Part shown: in pieces, positions 38,511 to 51,173 of the stretch
Position numbering within the stretch: position 1 is the first letter of the stretch
Layout of the letters: each line of letters starts with the position of its first letter
Origin: Octopus sinensis
Lineage: Eukaryota
NCBI RefSeq assembly: GCF_006345805.1
Contig: NC_043017.1
Location: 2,418,001 to 2,482,000 of the forward strand
DNA length: 64,000 bases
Direction: 5' to 3'
Position numbers and translations under genes: made by a program
The notes under the pieces: generated by a model
What the model was told of the DNA's origin: nothing
Databases searched by the model: none
What the model saw: the letters and a program-made list of their open reading frames with translations, nothing else

Positions 38511-40232
38511 TGAAACTTCGGGTTCGATCTTCACTAGATGGCTTATTCATGCTTTGAATTACATATATTCTTTCCGCCAGACTAGATTACATGAAACCGT
38601 GCATACGAGTTTAGCCTTTAAGGTGGGTGGGGAGTGCTTCTGGAATGCCATTGTCTCCAGTGACTGAAGTACAACCAGGGGAAAAGAAAAAATTATAAAC
38701 GAATACATTAAAGGCTGGCAGCGAACTAAATGATGTTTGGAGACGACTTTAGCGAACGATGTGTAAATAATATATATGAAGGTATAAAAACACTCGAGTA
38801 TTTAAGGCAATCTTTCCTTCCTTTCGTGGCGTCCACCCAGTTGCAAACGTTCAGACCCAGATGTTCAAACTGAAGATAACTTAGAACTCATTAAATCCAG
38901 CCTGAGAAATCTTGTACAATTTTGAGAGATTCTCTTCTTCAGATCAACATACTTAAGCCCTGCTTGTAAGTCATACTGTGGCACTCGGGTGCCATTTAAG
39001 CTAGCAAGAAGAGCATTGAGTTTGTTGGTCCTCTGTCTCTTGTGAGATCATCAGTCTCAAAGTTAGATTGAAAGGCCCGCCATCTTGTTAATCATATAGA
39101 CGCCTAGGCGTCAAATAGTCTCACTTTGAGTACGAAGAAGGATACAAGGCAAAGGGAAATAACTGTGAATGAACTATCAGCGTGGAGACCCATCAACCGC
39201 TCTCTTATCAAAATCTGTCACGTCTGACAAAATTCCCGTCTGTTCCAACTCTTTCATTTCGCTGGTTCCAGTTAATTCTGGAAGAGAGAATGTTGATGAT
39301 GATAAGCAATTTCCCCCATTCCGCGTACATACACGAAAACTTGACAACAACTTGAACCCGGAACCATACAGAAACCATGTTGGGAAGCAAGCTTCTTACC
39401 ACACAGTCACATGCTCACCAAAACATATATATATGTAGACATATATACATACATCATACATATGTCTAATGCGTATATGCATCAGGATTTTCATAGTTCC
39501 CGTGCAGCAAACTTAACTCGCAAAGCAGCGATCATCCAGAGATTATAGAAGAAAAGAAAAGGCTAAGGCGCCAGATCGTGGAATGCTGCTCAGAATCCAT
39601 CAGAGGCGACGCGAAATTCTTCACCATATTGCCATTGCCATGCTTACATATATAACATTATATTCTCTTTACATTCAAGTTTAATGTTTATATATTATAC
39701 TAATAAATCGAATTTCTTAATCACATAGATTTTCTTAGAAATCTCTTGTTACAGATCTGGCTTTATTAAAATAGATTTTTATTTATTTTTTTTTTTGATT
39801 CAACAAAATTATTAAATATTATCCTTGTGATCTAACGAGTGATGAATGTGTTAAACGATTAATCTGGTTCTAGCGCATTCTTTTGATTGTTAAAAAGAAT
39901 TAGCTTGTTTGAAAAAATTCTGTTTGCCGCAACGAAGATAGATCTTCAAACAATGCTTCCAAATTCTATAGTAATTAATAATGGTCTAGTTTATGAATAG
40001 TAAAACACTGAAATTGGATTCTTTTACTAGTAGTAAAAACAATTATTCGCTGTGTATTATGTGTGATTTATGGCTTAAATACATTTAATTATATTGCAGT
40101 ATTACAAATACTTTGCTTGTGTGTTTTAATCTTCTAAAACTCGATAGACTTATGGGAGACTTCGTTACGAAGCGGTGTTTTGTTTCTTAACTTGCTTTGT
40201 AATGTATATAAACTAAAATAAACGTTTCACAC

Positions 40233-40239
<7 letters not shown>

Positions 40240-40264
<25 letters not shown>

Positions 40265-40265
40265 A

Positions 40266-40316
<51 letters not shown>

Positions 40317-40444
40317 GGTGTGTGTATATATATATATGTTCACACACACATATATATATTTTAACGTTCCTCTTCTCTTCTGGTATTTCTCTTACAATGT
40401 AATTGCTTTTCTTTTGCATATTGATTCATATACATGTATGTATG

Positions 40445-40477
<33 letters not shown>

Positions 40478-40514
40478 ATAGACATGTATATGTGCTTATG
40501 TATAGATATGTATG

Positions 40515-40546
<32 letters not shown>

Positions 40547-40701
40547 GTGTGTGTGTGTGTGTATGTATAGACATGTGTGTGTGTGTGTGTATGTATAGAC
40601 ATGTATATGTGCTTATGTATGGATATGTATGTATATATATATATATGTGTGTGTGTGTGTATGTATAGACATGTATATGTGCTTATGTATGGATATGTAT
40701 G

Positions 40702-40732
<31 letters not shown>

Positions 40733-40854
40733 ATGTATAGACATGTATATGTGCTTATGTATGGATATGTATGTATATATATATATATATAGTGTGTGTG
40801 TGTGTGTGTGTGTGTGTATGTATAGACATGTATATGTGCTTATGTATAGATATG

Positions 40855-40889
<35 letters not shown>

Positions 40890-41008
40890 GTGTGCATATA
40901 TACGTATAGATATATGTATATATGTTTTGATACATATATGTATGTATGTGTATGTATGTATATGCGTGTGTATATGTATGCGTATATGTATGTGTGTATG
41001 TATGCGTA

Positions 41009-41061
<53 letters not shown>

Positions 41062-41150
41062 ATATTCATATACATACACATATATACATGCACGCACACT
41101 GGGCACACACACAGTCGCACGCATACACAGACGCATGCATATACATTTAA
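40240..41150. repeat. TA/TG array with a higher-order ~60-75-bp unit (gtatagacatgtatatgtgcttatgtat)
   Basis: The unit recurs about five times between 40476 and 40860. Confidence 0.93.
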
Positions 41151-41344
41151 TATGTCTGTCGTTACGTTCCTTCGCATTGCGAGTTGTAATCTCTCCGTTC
41201 TCTGTTTTTCCTTTTAGCATTTCGATGTCGCAAAATAAATATCATTACAATATTAAGTTTGATTAAATTGAATTCTTTTGCCCTGTCACTGAATATTAAG
41301 CGTTGCGCCACTGCAAAAATATTATTATTATTATTATTATTATT

Positions 41345-42072
41345 GTTATTTCTATTCCGCCGAGGTGATATCGCCTTTCATTCTTTCGGATCAATTCAAT
41401 AAGTACCAGTTACGCACTGGGGTCGATGTAACCGACTGAATCCGTTCCCCAAATTTAAGGCCTTGTGCTTCCAGTACGAATAATTATTTCTAAAGCGGCG
41501 AGCTGGCAGAAATGCGTAGCCGTATTTCGTCAGCCGTTACGTTCTGAGTTCAAATTCCGCCGAGGTCGACTTTGCCTTTCATCCTTTCGGAGTCGATAAA
41601 TTAAGTACCAGTTACGCACTGGGATCGATATAATCGACTTAATCCGTGTGTCTGTCCTTTTTTGTCCCTTCTGTGTTCAGCCCCTGTGAGGTGTTAGTAT
41701 CTTTAGCGCGCTCAGCAAAATGCTTATCAGCATTTCGCCCGTCTTTACGTTCTGGGTTCAAATGCCGCCGAGGTCGACTTCACCTTTCATTATTTCGGGG
41801 TCGATAAAATAAGTACCAGTCAACCACTGGGGTTGATGCAATCGACTAGATCTTCTCCAACAAATTTTCAGGCCATATGTCTATAATAGAAGCTTATTAA
41901 TGCTTAGCGAAGTTTCACCCTGCTATACATTCAGATTTCAAATTCCACCGAGGTCGACTTTGTCTTTCATCCTTTCGGTTTTGATAAACTCAGTACCAGT
42001 TGAGTACTGAATTCGATGTAATGAACTTCCCCTCCCCTCAAAATGACTGTTCTTGTGCTAGAATAAGAACCT
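41345..42072 (+). mobile_element. Cluster of four head-to-tail SINE family B copies or fragments
   Basis: Core ccgaggtcgactt...cctttcat...aagtaccagtt recurs at ~41360, 41560, 41770 and 41950. Confidence 0.85.
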
Positions 42073-42687
42073 ATAAGAGCAGAATGCTGTATCACATAAA
42101 TATATTTTGCAGTATTGGTTTCAGTTTCTACATTCAGATTTCAAAATCCTGCTGAAGACAACTCTGCCTCCCACGCTACCAGAGTCAATAAATACAGAAT
42201 CACTCCAGGACTGGGATCAATATAATCGATTATTTCCTCAACAAAAATATAAGAATTTGTGTCTATGTATGAGATTATTGTTGAAATGTGTTAACATTAG
42301 CATTGTAGCATCTGTAATACCTCTTTGTGCACTTAAGTGGAGCACGCGTGAGTGTGCCGCATTGTCTGTAGTCTTTTAAGATGGTGTATAAAGTTTCCGT
42401 TGTGAATTGCTACTGTCCCCGTTGATGTGAGTGTTGTTTGTTATCGATGTTGTTGTTGACCCATTTCAGTAATATTTGAGCGGAACGATGTGCATTGGCA
42501 ACCCAACCATTTTCTTTCTTCAGAATAGAGCATTTCCTATTTTCTACACGTCCTTCCATTTCAAGGGTAATCTAATGTGATAGGAGAGAGATTTAGCAGC
42601 CATTTTTATTAGACTGAGCGACCGCACAATATCTTGTTTCGGTTGTAAGTCGTGTTGTGTGTGAAAGGTATTATTTATACTGGGTAC

Positions 42688-42905
42688 AAGGCGGCGAGCT
42701 GGCAGAATCGTTAGCACGCTGGGCGAAATACTAAGCTGTATTTCGCCTGTCTCTGCGTTCTGAGTTCAAATTCCGCCAAGGTTGACTTTGCCTTTCATCC
42801 TTTCTGAGTCGATAAATTAAGTACCAGTGGAGTACTGGTTGAGGAGGCATGCGATCGACTTAACCCCTCCCCAAAATTACTGGCCTTGTGTCTATAATAG
42901 AAAGG
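42688..42905 (+). mobile_element. SINE family B monomer with 18-bp TSD
   Basis: attatttatactgggtac at 42670-42687 and 42906-42923. Confidence 0.93.
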
Positions 42906-43074
42906 ATTATTTATACTGGGTACTGATTGTGTTATAGTTTTGCGACTGAATATGGATATTGGACTGTGTTAGAGCAACAGGAGGTGGTTATGTAGAATGA
43001 GACTTGTCATAGTATTGTATTTGGTTGTGATTGTAAATATGTTGAGTTTTTCTTTGTGTCCGTGCAATCCTGCT

Positions 43075-43355
43075 GTGTTCGTGGTAGGTGAAACCTCGGC
43101 AGACAGGACGAGCTTCATCAACCGAGGCGTCACCTCTTACGAGCGGAACAACATTGCAGGGGCATAAAGAAAACGAGAACTACGTAATTCCAGAGCCAAC
43201 TCCTTACTTTCAGTCTCGAGAGACTACAAGGGCCCAACTTGCAGCAGAACCTTCCGAGCAATTACCGAGCTGATTGGCCACAGTCACGCACACCCTACCC
43301 CGTCTTCTATGTGATGGACTTGGTCATCTTTGCCAACGACAGACGAACTAATGAT
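43075..43355 (+). mobile_element. RTE-clade LINE 3' fragment
   Basis: Encodes ETSADRTSFINRGVTSYERNNIAGA*RKRELRNSRANS...GPTCSRTFRAITELIGHSHAH, a decayed RTE C-terminal C2H2-like motif (CPTCxRxFRAxIGLxSH), followed by the ggtcatctttgccaacgacagacgaac 3' end. Confidence 0.85.
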
Positions 43356-43421
43356 AACTGTAGTAATACACGGCAAGTTGTGTATGTTGTGCTATATAAT
43401 CGGGCGATTAGACATGAGTTG

Positions 43422-43612
43422 TGACTTCAAATCTAGGCCCTGATTTCTCTGCCTAATAAAAAGGTATTGAAAGCGTCCTTTCCCAATTTTCTTGTGTCCA
43501 AAAAGGATACATAGCTTAGATCTTTTCAGCTTCACCAGCCTTGTCATTCGTTGAACATACTAGAAGGCATCACTGCATTTTCTACCCTCGGCTTCTTATT
43601 CAGGCATTTCGT
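43422..43612 (+). repeat. Left arm of ~190-bp inverted duplication
   Basis: Reverse complement of 46440-46543 plus 46808-46893. Confidence 0.92.
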
Positions 43613-44109
43613 TGTGCTCTAACGTTGTGCTATAAGGTTGAGTGATTGGTTTCGTGTTGTGTGATGTTTCATTCGGTACCTGAGTACAAGTAATTTGCGT
43701 TATCTGATATGTGTTATTTCGTTGCTCGTTTTGAATCTTACGTTAGTGCTGATAAAATGTCTACCAATAGATTCCTGTTTTTGATATAATTTTGTTGTGG
43801 ATTGATTCTAAGGACCTGACTGAGAATTAATTATTTTGCATCTCCGCTGTTGTCGTGAGACCCTATAGAATCAGCATTTCAGATATCGCCACAAAATACA
43901 GACCACTTAGTTTTGGATAGTCAGAGTGACTACCGTTGTCCCGAACAATCCAGAAAGCCATTGAGATGCGTAGCAATTGCATCTCTAACGCAAAGCTGGA
44001 CGTGTGAAAATTACCATCGAAAGGGAGGTAATTGTGTGGGATGTATCATACTGCTGCGTGGGAATTGTGCTTAGCATGAGTTGATGAACTTATGTTGTAT
44101 TATTAGGAC

Positions 44110-44450
44110 GTAAAGCCGCATGGCTCAGGGGTTAAAACGTCGGGCTCACAATCATGATGTACTGAAATCGATTCCAAGACCAGGCTGTGCGTTGTTGTCT
44201 TGAGCAAGACATTTAATTTCACTTGGTTCCAGTTCACTCAGCTATGAAAATCAGTCGCGACGCCACAGGTACCAAGTTGCACCAGCCTTTGTCTTTTCTT
44301 TGGATACCATCGGTGGCGTGAAGAGGGGGGTATGGTATGCATGGGCCACTGCTGGTTTTCTATAAACAAGCTTGCCCGGACTTATGACTATGAGGGGAAC
44401 TTTCTAGGAGCAATCCCATCGTCATTCATGACTGAAGGAGTCTTTATCCT
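44110..44450 (+). mobile_element. SINE family C, diverged copy
   Basis: Collinear with 24405-24749. Confidence 0.85.
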
Positions 44451-44516
44451 TAATAGTTATAAGTATGTTTTCTTATAAGGGTAATTTTGTTTTCTTAACA
44501 ATACTTGAAGATAAAT

Positions 44517-44917
44517 AAGGCGGTGAGCTGGCAGAACCGTTAGCACGCCGGGCGAAATGCGTAGCCGTATTTCGTCTGCCGTTACGTTCTGAGTTCAAAT
44601 TCCGCAGAGGTCGACGTTGCCTTTCATCATTTAGGGGTCGATAAATTAAGTACCTGTTACGCACTGGAGTCGATATAATCGACTTAATCCGTTCGTCTGT
44701 GCTTGTTTGTCCCCTCTGTGTTTAGCCCCTTGTGGGTAGTAAAGAAACAGGTATTTCGTCTGTCTTTATGTTCTGAGTTCAAATTCCGCCGAGATCGACT
44801 TTGTCTTTCACCTTTCGGGGTCGATAAATTAAGTACCAGTTGCGTACTGTGGTCGATCTAATCGACTGGCTCCCTGCCCCAAAATTTCAGGCCTTGTACC
44901 TAGAGTAGAAAAGATTA
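44517..44917 (+). mobile_element. SINE family B with one 184-bp unit plus terminal unit
   Basis: gtatttcgtc at 44567 and 44751. Confidence 0.92.
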
Positions 44918-44920
44918 TAT

Positions 44921-45140
44921 CATTTCCCTTCTACTATACACGCAAGGCATGAAATTTTGAGGGAAAAAGCTAGGCGATTGCATCGAACCTCAGTGCTTGA
45001 CTGATACTTATTTCATCGACCCTGGAAGGATGAAAGAGAAAGTCAACCTCGCTGGAATTTGAACACAGAAGCTAAACACCTACGAAATGTCGCTAAGCAT
45101 TTTATCCTGTGTGCCAACGACTCTACCCGCTTGCCGCCTT
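44921..45140 (-). mobile_element. SINE family B monomer, tail-to-tail with the previous copy
   Basis: Diverged head and core on the minus strand. Confidence 0.82.
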
Positions 45141-45269
45141 ACTAGTTTTATTAAAAAGAAATTACACGCATTGTGGGTTGTAAATAGCACAGTTATTTGT
45201 TTTGTTTTTTCTTACTTTCAATGAAGTTCTGAGCCGTGATATGCTTTATTTATATTTATCTTCATATTC

Positions 45270-45313
<44 letters not shown>

Positions 45314-46439
45314 CTTCGTGTTCCATTTATTATTAGAATTGTTTATATTGTCTCAACCCACATCCAACATATTCCATTCCAAAATGTCAATGAACTTTCT
45401 GTATTTTTGTGACTTCGATGTTGCGTGATGTTTAACAAGAAGAGATACAAATATCTATCAAAATGTAGAGAGTAATTTTCGCCGTTGAGAATTCATTTAT
45501 ATCGCTTTATCCGTTTGGACAAGTATGTCTTTTGATTATTGAACACCAAATCATGGCTATACTCTGGATTTACTGCAAATCCTACGTGTAACACCGAAAT
45601 ACTGGTACAATGGTTCAAAGGACTTCGCTCCCAAATCATTTATATCCTGTATACCACAAATATTTCTTTGAAATCGCTCTCAATATGTTTCAAGACCTTC
45701 ATTTCTGTTTACTCAGGTGGTAATAGAGATCTATACCAGATTCGGGTTTAAAGAACATTGGATACTTGTATACTTTTCTGGAAAGGTGCAACTTGGACCA
45801 TATTGTGTCCTGTTGATACTGCTACAAGACTAACTTAACAGTACTTGTCAGTGGAATCCTCAACCACTTAGACATTTATTCAGGGGCAGATAGTTTAATT
45901 CTTCGAACAAGCGAAGCCTCTTCGTCATATGGTGGAGACGTACCACTCTCTTTTTCTTTATTCCTAATCTTGTAAATTTAGAAGTTAGCGTTTGTAGCTT
46001 AATGAATAAATAATACATGCGGAGCCCTGGCGGAAGCTAATGCAAGGGAGATAACCATGGCTGGGTGAGAAGTTGGAATTAAATTTAGGAGAAACCAAGA
46101 TGAAGCGCAGAACATAAGCTGTTTAATGATTCTTTTGTCGTTGGTAGCAAGGAATTTTGAATTTTGAATTTGAGAGAAACGAAGGAGCAAAGAGTCTAAA
46201 AAGTCTTTTAGTCATTGCACTGTTGTTATCGTCCTACTTCCTATCGTTTAGTATCCGTTCTCTAGCGAATTGCAGCCTTTTGTCGAACAGCTGCCCTCGC
46301 CCATATAACAGAGAGAGAGAACGATCTGCAGTTTCTTTAACGAAAATTCCTTAGTCTTCTTCTGCCTGGTGACTATAGCAAATGAAGTCGTGTGGGGAAC
46401 ATGTTTGAAAAGTTTGAACAAAGACATTTCCTCGTCTTC

Positions 46440-46893
46440 ACGAAACGCCTAAATAAGAAACTGAGGGTAGAAAATGCAGTGATGCCTTCTAGTATGTTCA
46501 ACGAATGACAAGGCTGGAGAAGCTGAAAAGATCTAAGCTAAGTCTCGGCTGCGAGGTCACTCCGAAAATCTCTATCTGCGACGATTTCATCTCAATCGAA
46601 GGAGAGGGGCTTTTTCCGTCCGGGTTGCGGATCCGTGGAATAAGCTGCCGGACGAGATGGTGAAGATGCCGACGACCGCTCGTTTCAAAGTCTCCCTTGA
46701 CGAGAAATGGCCTGAACTCTTTGCATGAACACCACCCTGTACATAACTCCATGTCCCCCTACATGGCCTTGCTTTTAGCTTTTTGAGCCAAAAAAATTAA
46801 CTTAAGTATGCTTTTTGGACACAAGAAAATTGGGAAAGAAGCCTTTAATACCTTTTTATTAGGCAGAGAAATCAAGGCCTAGATTTGAAGTCA
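46440..46893 (-). repeat. Right arm of the inverted duplication, split by a CR1 insertion
   Basis: About 12 differences in ~190 bp by hand alignment. Confidence 0.92.
46544..46802 (+). mobile_element. CR1 LINE 3' fragment with probable 5-bp TSD (taagt)
   Basis: Encodes LRGHSENLYLRRFHLNRRRGAFSVRVADPWNKLPDEMV...RFKVSLDEKW*, a typical CR1 ORF2 C-terminus. taagt at 46539-46543 and 46803-46807. Interrupts one arm of an inverted duplication. Confidence 0.88.
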
Positions 46894-47765
46894 GCTTTAA
46901 TTACTCCAAGACGTTTACCTCGCCATTGAGAGACTTTTTTCTTTTGGAATAGTTATTGTTATATATATGCCATTGCTAAACACATTTTACTCGAATTTAA
47001 CCCCAATCTTGTTTATTTTACATTCTCTTATCTTTCTCAACGATTTGTGTCTTTGTGGCAAATAAAAGGAATTAGTATCATTCTTGTTGTCCTTCATATT
47101 ACTGTTATTCGACTTTGAAGAAAGCAGATGTGTTTGGCTCACGGTCGGTCATTTCAGAAAAGAATTCTGTCGCATTTAGTAGGAAAATATTCAGTCTCGC
47201 AGTATTTACAAATGAGAGGGGCGTTCGCCCGTTACCCCAATTTACACGAGAATGTTTCTTTTCAAATATATGTATAAGTGTATTGTAGTAGACTTATACC
47301 TAACGAGCTGTCTAAAACAAAACAAAAAACAAAAAGTTGGGAAAACCCATAAAACTGATAATTAACGAAACATAATGGAAACTAAAATAGAAAATGAAAA
47401 AAGCAAAAAGCTGTAAAGAAACAATGATTATTCTATAGAAATTATAAACACTGGAACACAGAAACTGAATGATGACATTAATAGCAATGACAACAACGAT
47501 AATGACAGCAATTAGCACATGCTTGAAACTGGATGTTCATAAAAATGTTTCTGAACATTTTAGCTGGTTTTTCCTGTGGATTTTACTTCGTTTTTGTATC
47601 TGGTTTGCAAGATTCTTTATGTGAATTCGTGTATTGAAACAAATCTTGTTGTGCCTGCGGAGGATCATACTGCCTTAGCATCTAACACACTCGCCGGTTC
47701 AACTTCCACTCATTTATTATTATTTGGGTTTAGAAATGGAGCTGAAGTCTGAGAAGACTCGATAT

Positions 47766-48085
47766 AGCGGTATTTCGTCTGCCGTTACGTTCTGAGTTCA
47801 AATTCCGCCGAGGTCGACTTTGCCTTTCATCCTTTCAGGGTCGATAAATTAAGTACCAATTACGCACTGGGGTCGATATAATCGACGTAATCCATTTGTC
47901 TGTCCTTGTTTGTCCTCTCTGTGTTTAGCCTCTTGTGGGTAGTAAAGAAATAGGTATTTCGTCGATTTTGCCTTTCATCCCTTCGGGGTCGATAAATTAA
48001 GTACCAATTGAGTACTGGGGTCGATGTAATCGACTATCCCCTTCCCAAAAATTGCAGGCCTTGCTCCTGTAATAGAAAGGAGTTA
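47766..48085 (+). mobile_element. SINE family B, headless, one 184-bp unit plus deleted terminal unit
   Basis: gtatttcgtc at 47770 and 47954. Confidence 0.9.
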
Positions 48086-49716
48086 TTGCTTTATAAGTTT
48101 AACTGAGGAAATTAATTTTCATTTTTGGATAGTATTTCCTTTCATTTCAAGCGGGAATTATTATTGAATATTTTGGAATGTCAACACTCTGCTGAGGTTA
48201 GATACCAATGTCGTGTATTTATTTATTCTTTTTTTAGAAACATTTCCATGTTATTTTACCGTCTAGCTCTAAAGCAACAATGGCTTCTTTTTCATGATCT
48301 GCACCCCAGAGAAATTGTGTTAAACAAAGCGAAACAATTGCCAAACAAAAATGTGAAAGAAATATTAATGAACACAAAAATAAATGGCAGAAAATGAAAG
48401 GCACATTGACATTTCAATATCTATAAAAACAAAAAAAAAATAGTATTACAATAAAGACGTTCAATGAGGACAACAGCAACAACAACATTATATAGCCACA
48501 ACATATATATATATATATATATATATACTTTACCAAACGAAAATTGCGAACAATAACTAAACGCAATCGTTTCCTAACGTATTTTTGAATAAAATGAATC
48601 TTTAAATATGGAACACTGCTGAAAAAGAAACATAAGTTTGGCAGCATTTTTATTCACAAAACAGGCGACAGCCTATCTCCATCACAGAGGCACTGATAAA
48701 GCGGAGGATAACTTTTCTGTCCTTTTCGAAGGTCACTTGAGTCTCTCTAGTTCAATCCAATAAAGTGTTGGCGCCAGTTTTGGCAAATATGTTAAGTGAA
48801 ATCGTTATCGGGAAATGGAGGCTGTATGGTTCCCTGTGAATTATTTTTAAAAGAGAGAACTGGCTAAATTGCCTGAGACATGTATGCTCGTAAACAGTTC
48901 CATAATATTTGGGGCGGGGAAGACCCATTTGGTTCACCCTTATGTACAAAGAAAGGAGGTGACATCGCTTGTTGTCTCGTTCGTGTCTCGCTAAGGACAT
49001 GAAGTCTTGGCGTAATGTAGCGGGATGCTTTCAACAAGGATATTTAAGTCCACGTAATCTCAAAAACAGTAAAGCAATGCATCAATTGACCTGAGTAGAC
49101 AATATTAAGAGGAATCTCTTAAACCCAGCATTAAAGACAGAATTCCTTGCTGCTACACATAGACAGCAAAAGTCTCTATATTATGAAACGTTTTTAATAC
49201 ACGTGTAATGCAATGTTATGAAGACCTGTAAATTTATGCATTAAAATAAAAAATAAGAGCATCCAAAATGTGGAACTTCCGATAAGGGTCTTCCTAATTG
49301 CTATTAATTCCACCAATGTTATATGATTAACATTGACCTTCGACATCATCAAATTAACATACTCTCTTTATATATATTAAATATATACGGCAGGGAAGTT
49401 CATTGTAAAATGGAAATTACATAGCTGTCAATAAACTCCTTTCAGTTGTTACTTAGCTCCAGGTCAACCTTCAGTGGTTAGAGTTATCGTCACAAATATT
49501 TCAGTCTTGACCAATCCATAGTCCCCCCCACACACACACACGAAACACCACGACGTGGACTCTGTTGAGACTAGTAAGAAACAATTATGACATTTTTTTT
49601 ATTACACTTAACTTTTTAAAATATTTTTGATAAGGTTCGTTTTTCAAGAACCGAAACATGTAAAATCTCTAAGAAAATTAAAATTTATATTATATAGTGG
49701 CGTTTTCATACTTCTG

Positions 49717-49750
<34 letters not shown>

Positions 49751-50074
49751 CTTGAACTTGTTCTAAGTGCGATCCAAGGGAGAGGTGGCATCTTTATATA
49801 GCAGGTTAGGCGACAACATAACTGCTTCTTTGTCGACCCCTTAAAAACTTGTACCCGTCGCACATAAATCTCCGTTCAAACCCGCCTCCAATCTTCTTCG
49901 GTAACAGAATCTCGTAATAATCTCAGGATTATCACACAGAATCTAAAGAAATGCATAAATGCAGTCACATGTCTTCAACTAAAAACATAATAAGAGATTA
50001 TCATTCATGTCAACCCTTAGCACTGTTATCACCCCCATCTTCAAAATCGTCTTGGCCGTCGTAGTAGTTTTAAA

Positions 50075-50300
50075 TTTTGGCGTAGGAACGGGAGTTTTGA
50101 GGGAAGTGGAGAAAGTCCATTACATCGACTCCAGTGCTTAACTGGTACTTATTTTCTCAATCCCGAAAGGATGAAAGGCAAATTCGACCTCAGCCGTCTT
50201 TGAACACAGAAATGTGAAGACGGCTGAAATACCGCTAGGCATTTTTTTTTTCGGCGTCCTTAAAGGTCCTTTTGTCCTTAAAGGTTCTGCCAGCTCTCGG
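50075..50300 (-). mobile_element. SINE family B monomer, diverged
   Basis: Core and tail on the minus strand. Confidence 0.8.
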
Positions 50301-51101
50301 GTTTCGTTTTGTGCATCATAACAATGATGTTCGTAATCACAATCGCAATCACTAACACAAACATCATCTCCATTATCATCCTTACAATCATCAACAATGA
50401 GATCAACAGCATCATGACCTCCATTACAGTTTATCGTCCTTCATTTACATAATTTATGTAGCGTCCTCATTATCATCATCATCATCATCCATACTTACGT
50501 TGTATTAGTTTTGGCTTTGTTTTAAATGGAAGGAAACTAATAAACAACCAACCAACCTAATGAAATAACAGAAATACTAAAGAGAATTAAACAATAAAAA
50601 AATGTTTGTAAACGAGAAAATATGAACATTAAATGAAACAACAGATAAATAATTTTCAGACAAACGCATAAATAATAATTATAATGTATTTATAATTATA
50701 TCATTATTAACAGCCACATATTACCAAGAATAATTGTTTGTTTTGTTGTATTTCATTCTTTGTTGATTTTTTTTTTATCTGTTTTTGCTTTTAGTCGTAT
50801 GTTGAAATTCCAAACTGTTTGAGATTTGGGATCTAATTTTGAAAATATATACAGAAAAGAAAAAAAACCGAAAAATCCCAAGGATAAAAAAACAAACAAA
50901 AATCCTTTACTAAGAATCATTGTTTCGTGTGAAAGAGTTTCCAAGTATTCTTTGTTTTTGGCAAGGAATTTGATTTAAATAATATTTTTGTTTGCGATTT
51001 CAAGCAGATTTTTTTTAGCATTTTGGGGGTCATATTGTCCACGATTTAAGAAACACATATTACCGATTTTCATATATAAATACGCATTTTCTTGGATATA
51101 T

Positions 51102-51133
<32 letters not shown>

Positions 51134-51142
51134 ATATATATA

Positions 51143-51173
<31 letters not shown>

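Noticed and set aside
38975-38996. Resemblance of gtggcactcgggtgc to a tracrRNA/sgRNA terminal hairpin
   Set aside because: Short chance similarity; no other scaffold elements are present.
38865-39090. Faint resemblance of the frameshift-joined peptide to the eEF1B N-terminus
   Set aside because: It needs two frameshifts and matches only scattered residues; not supportable without a search.
48752-49000. 82-aa ORF in unique sequence
   Set aside because: No recognisable motif or splice signals, and the length is within chance expectation.
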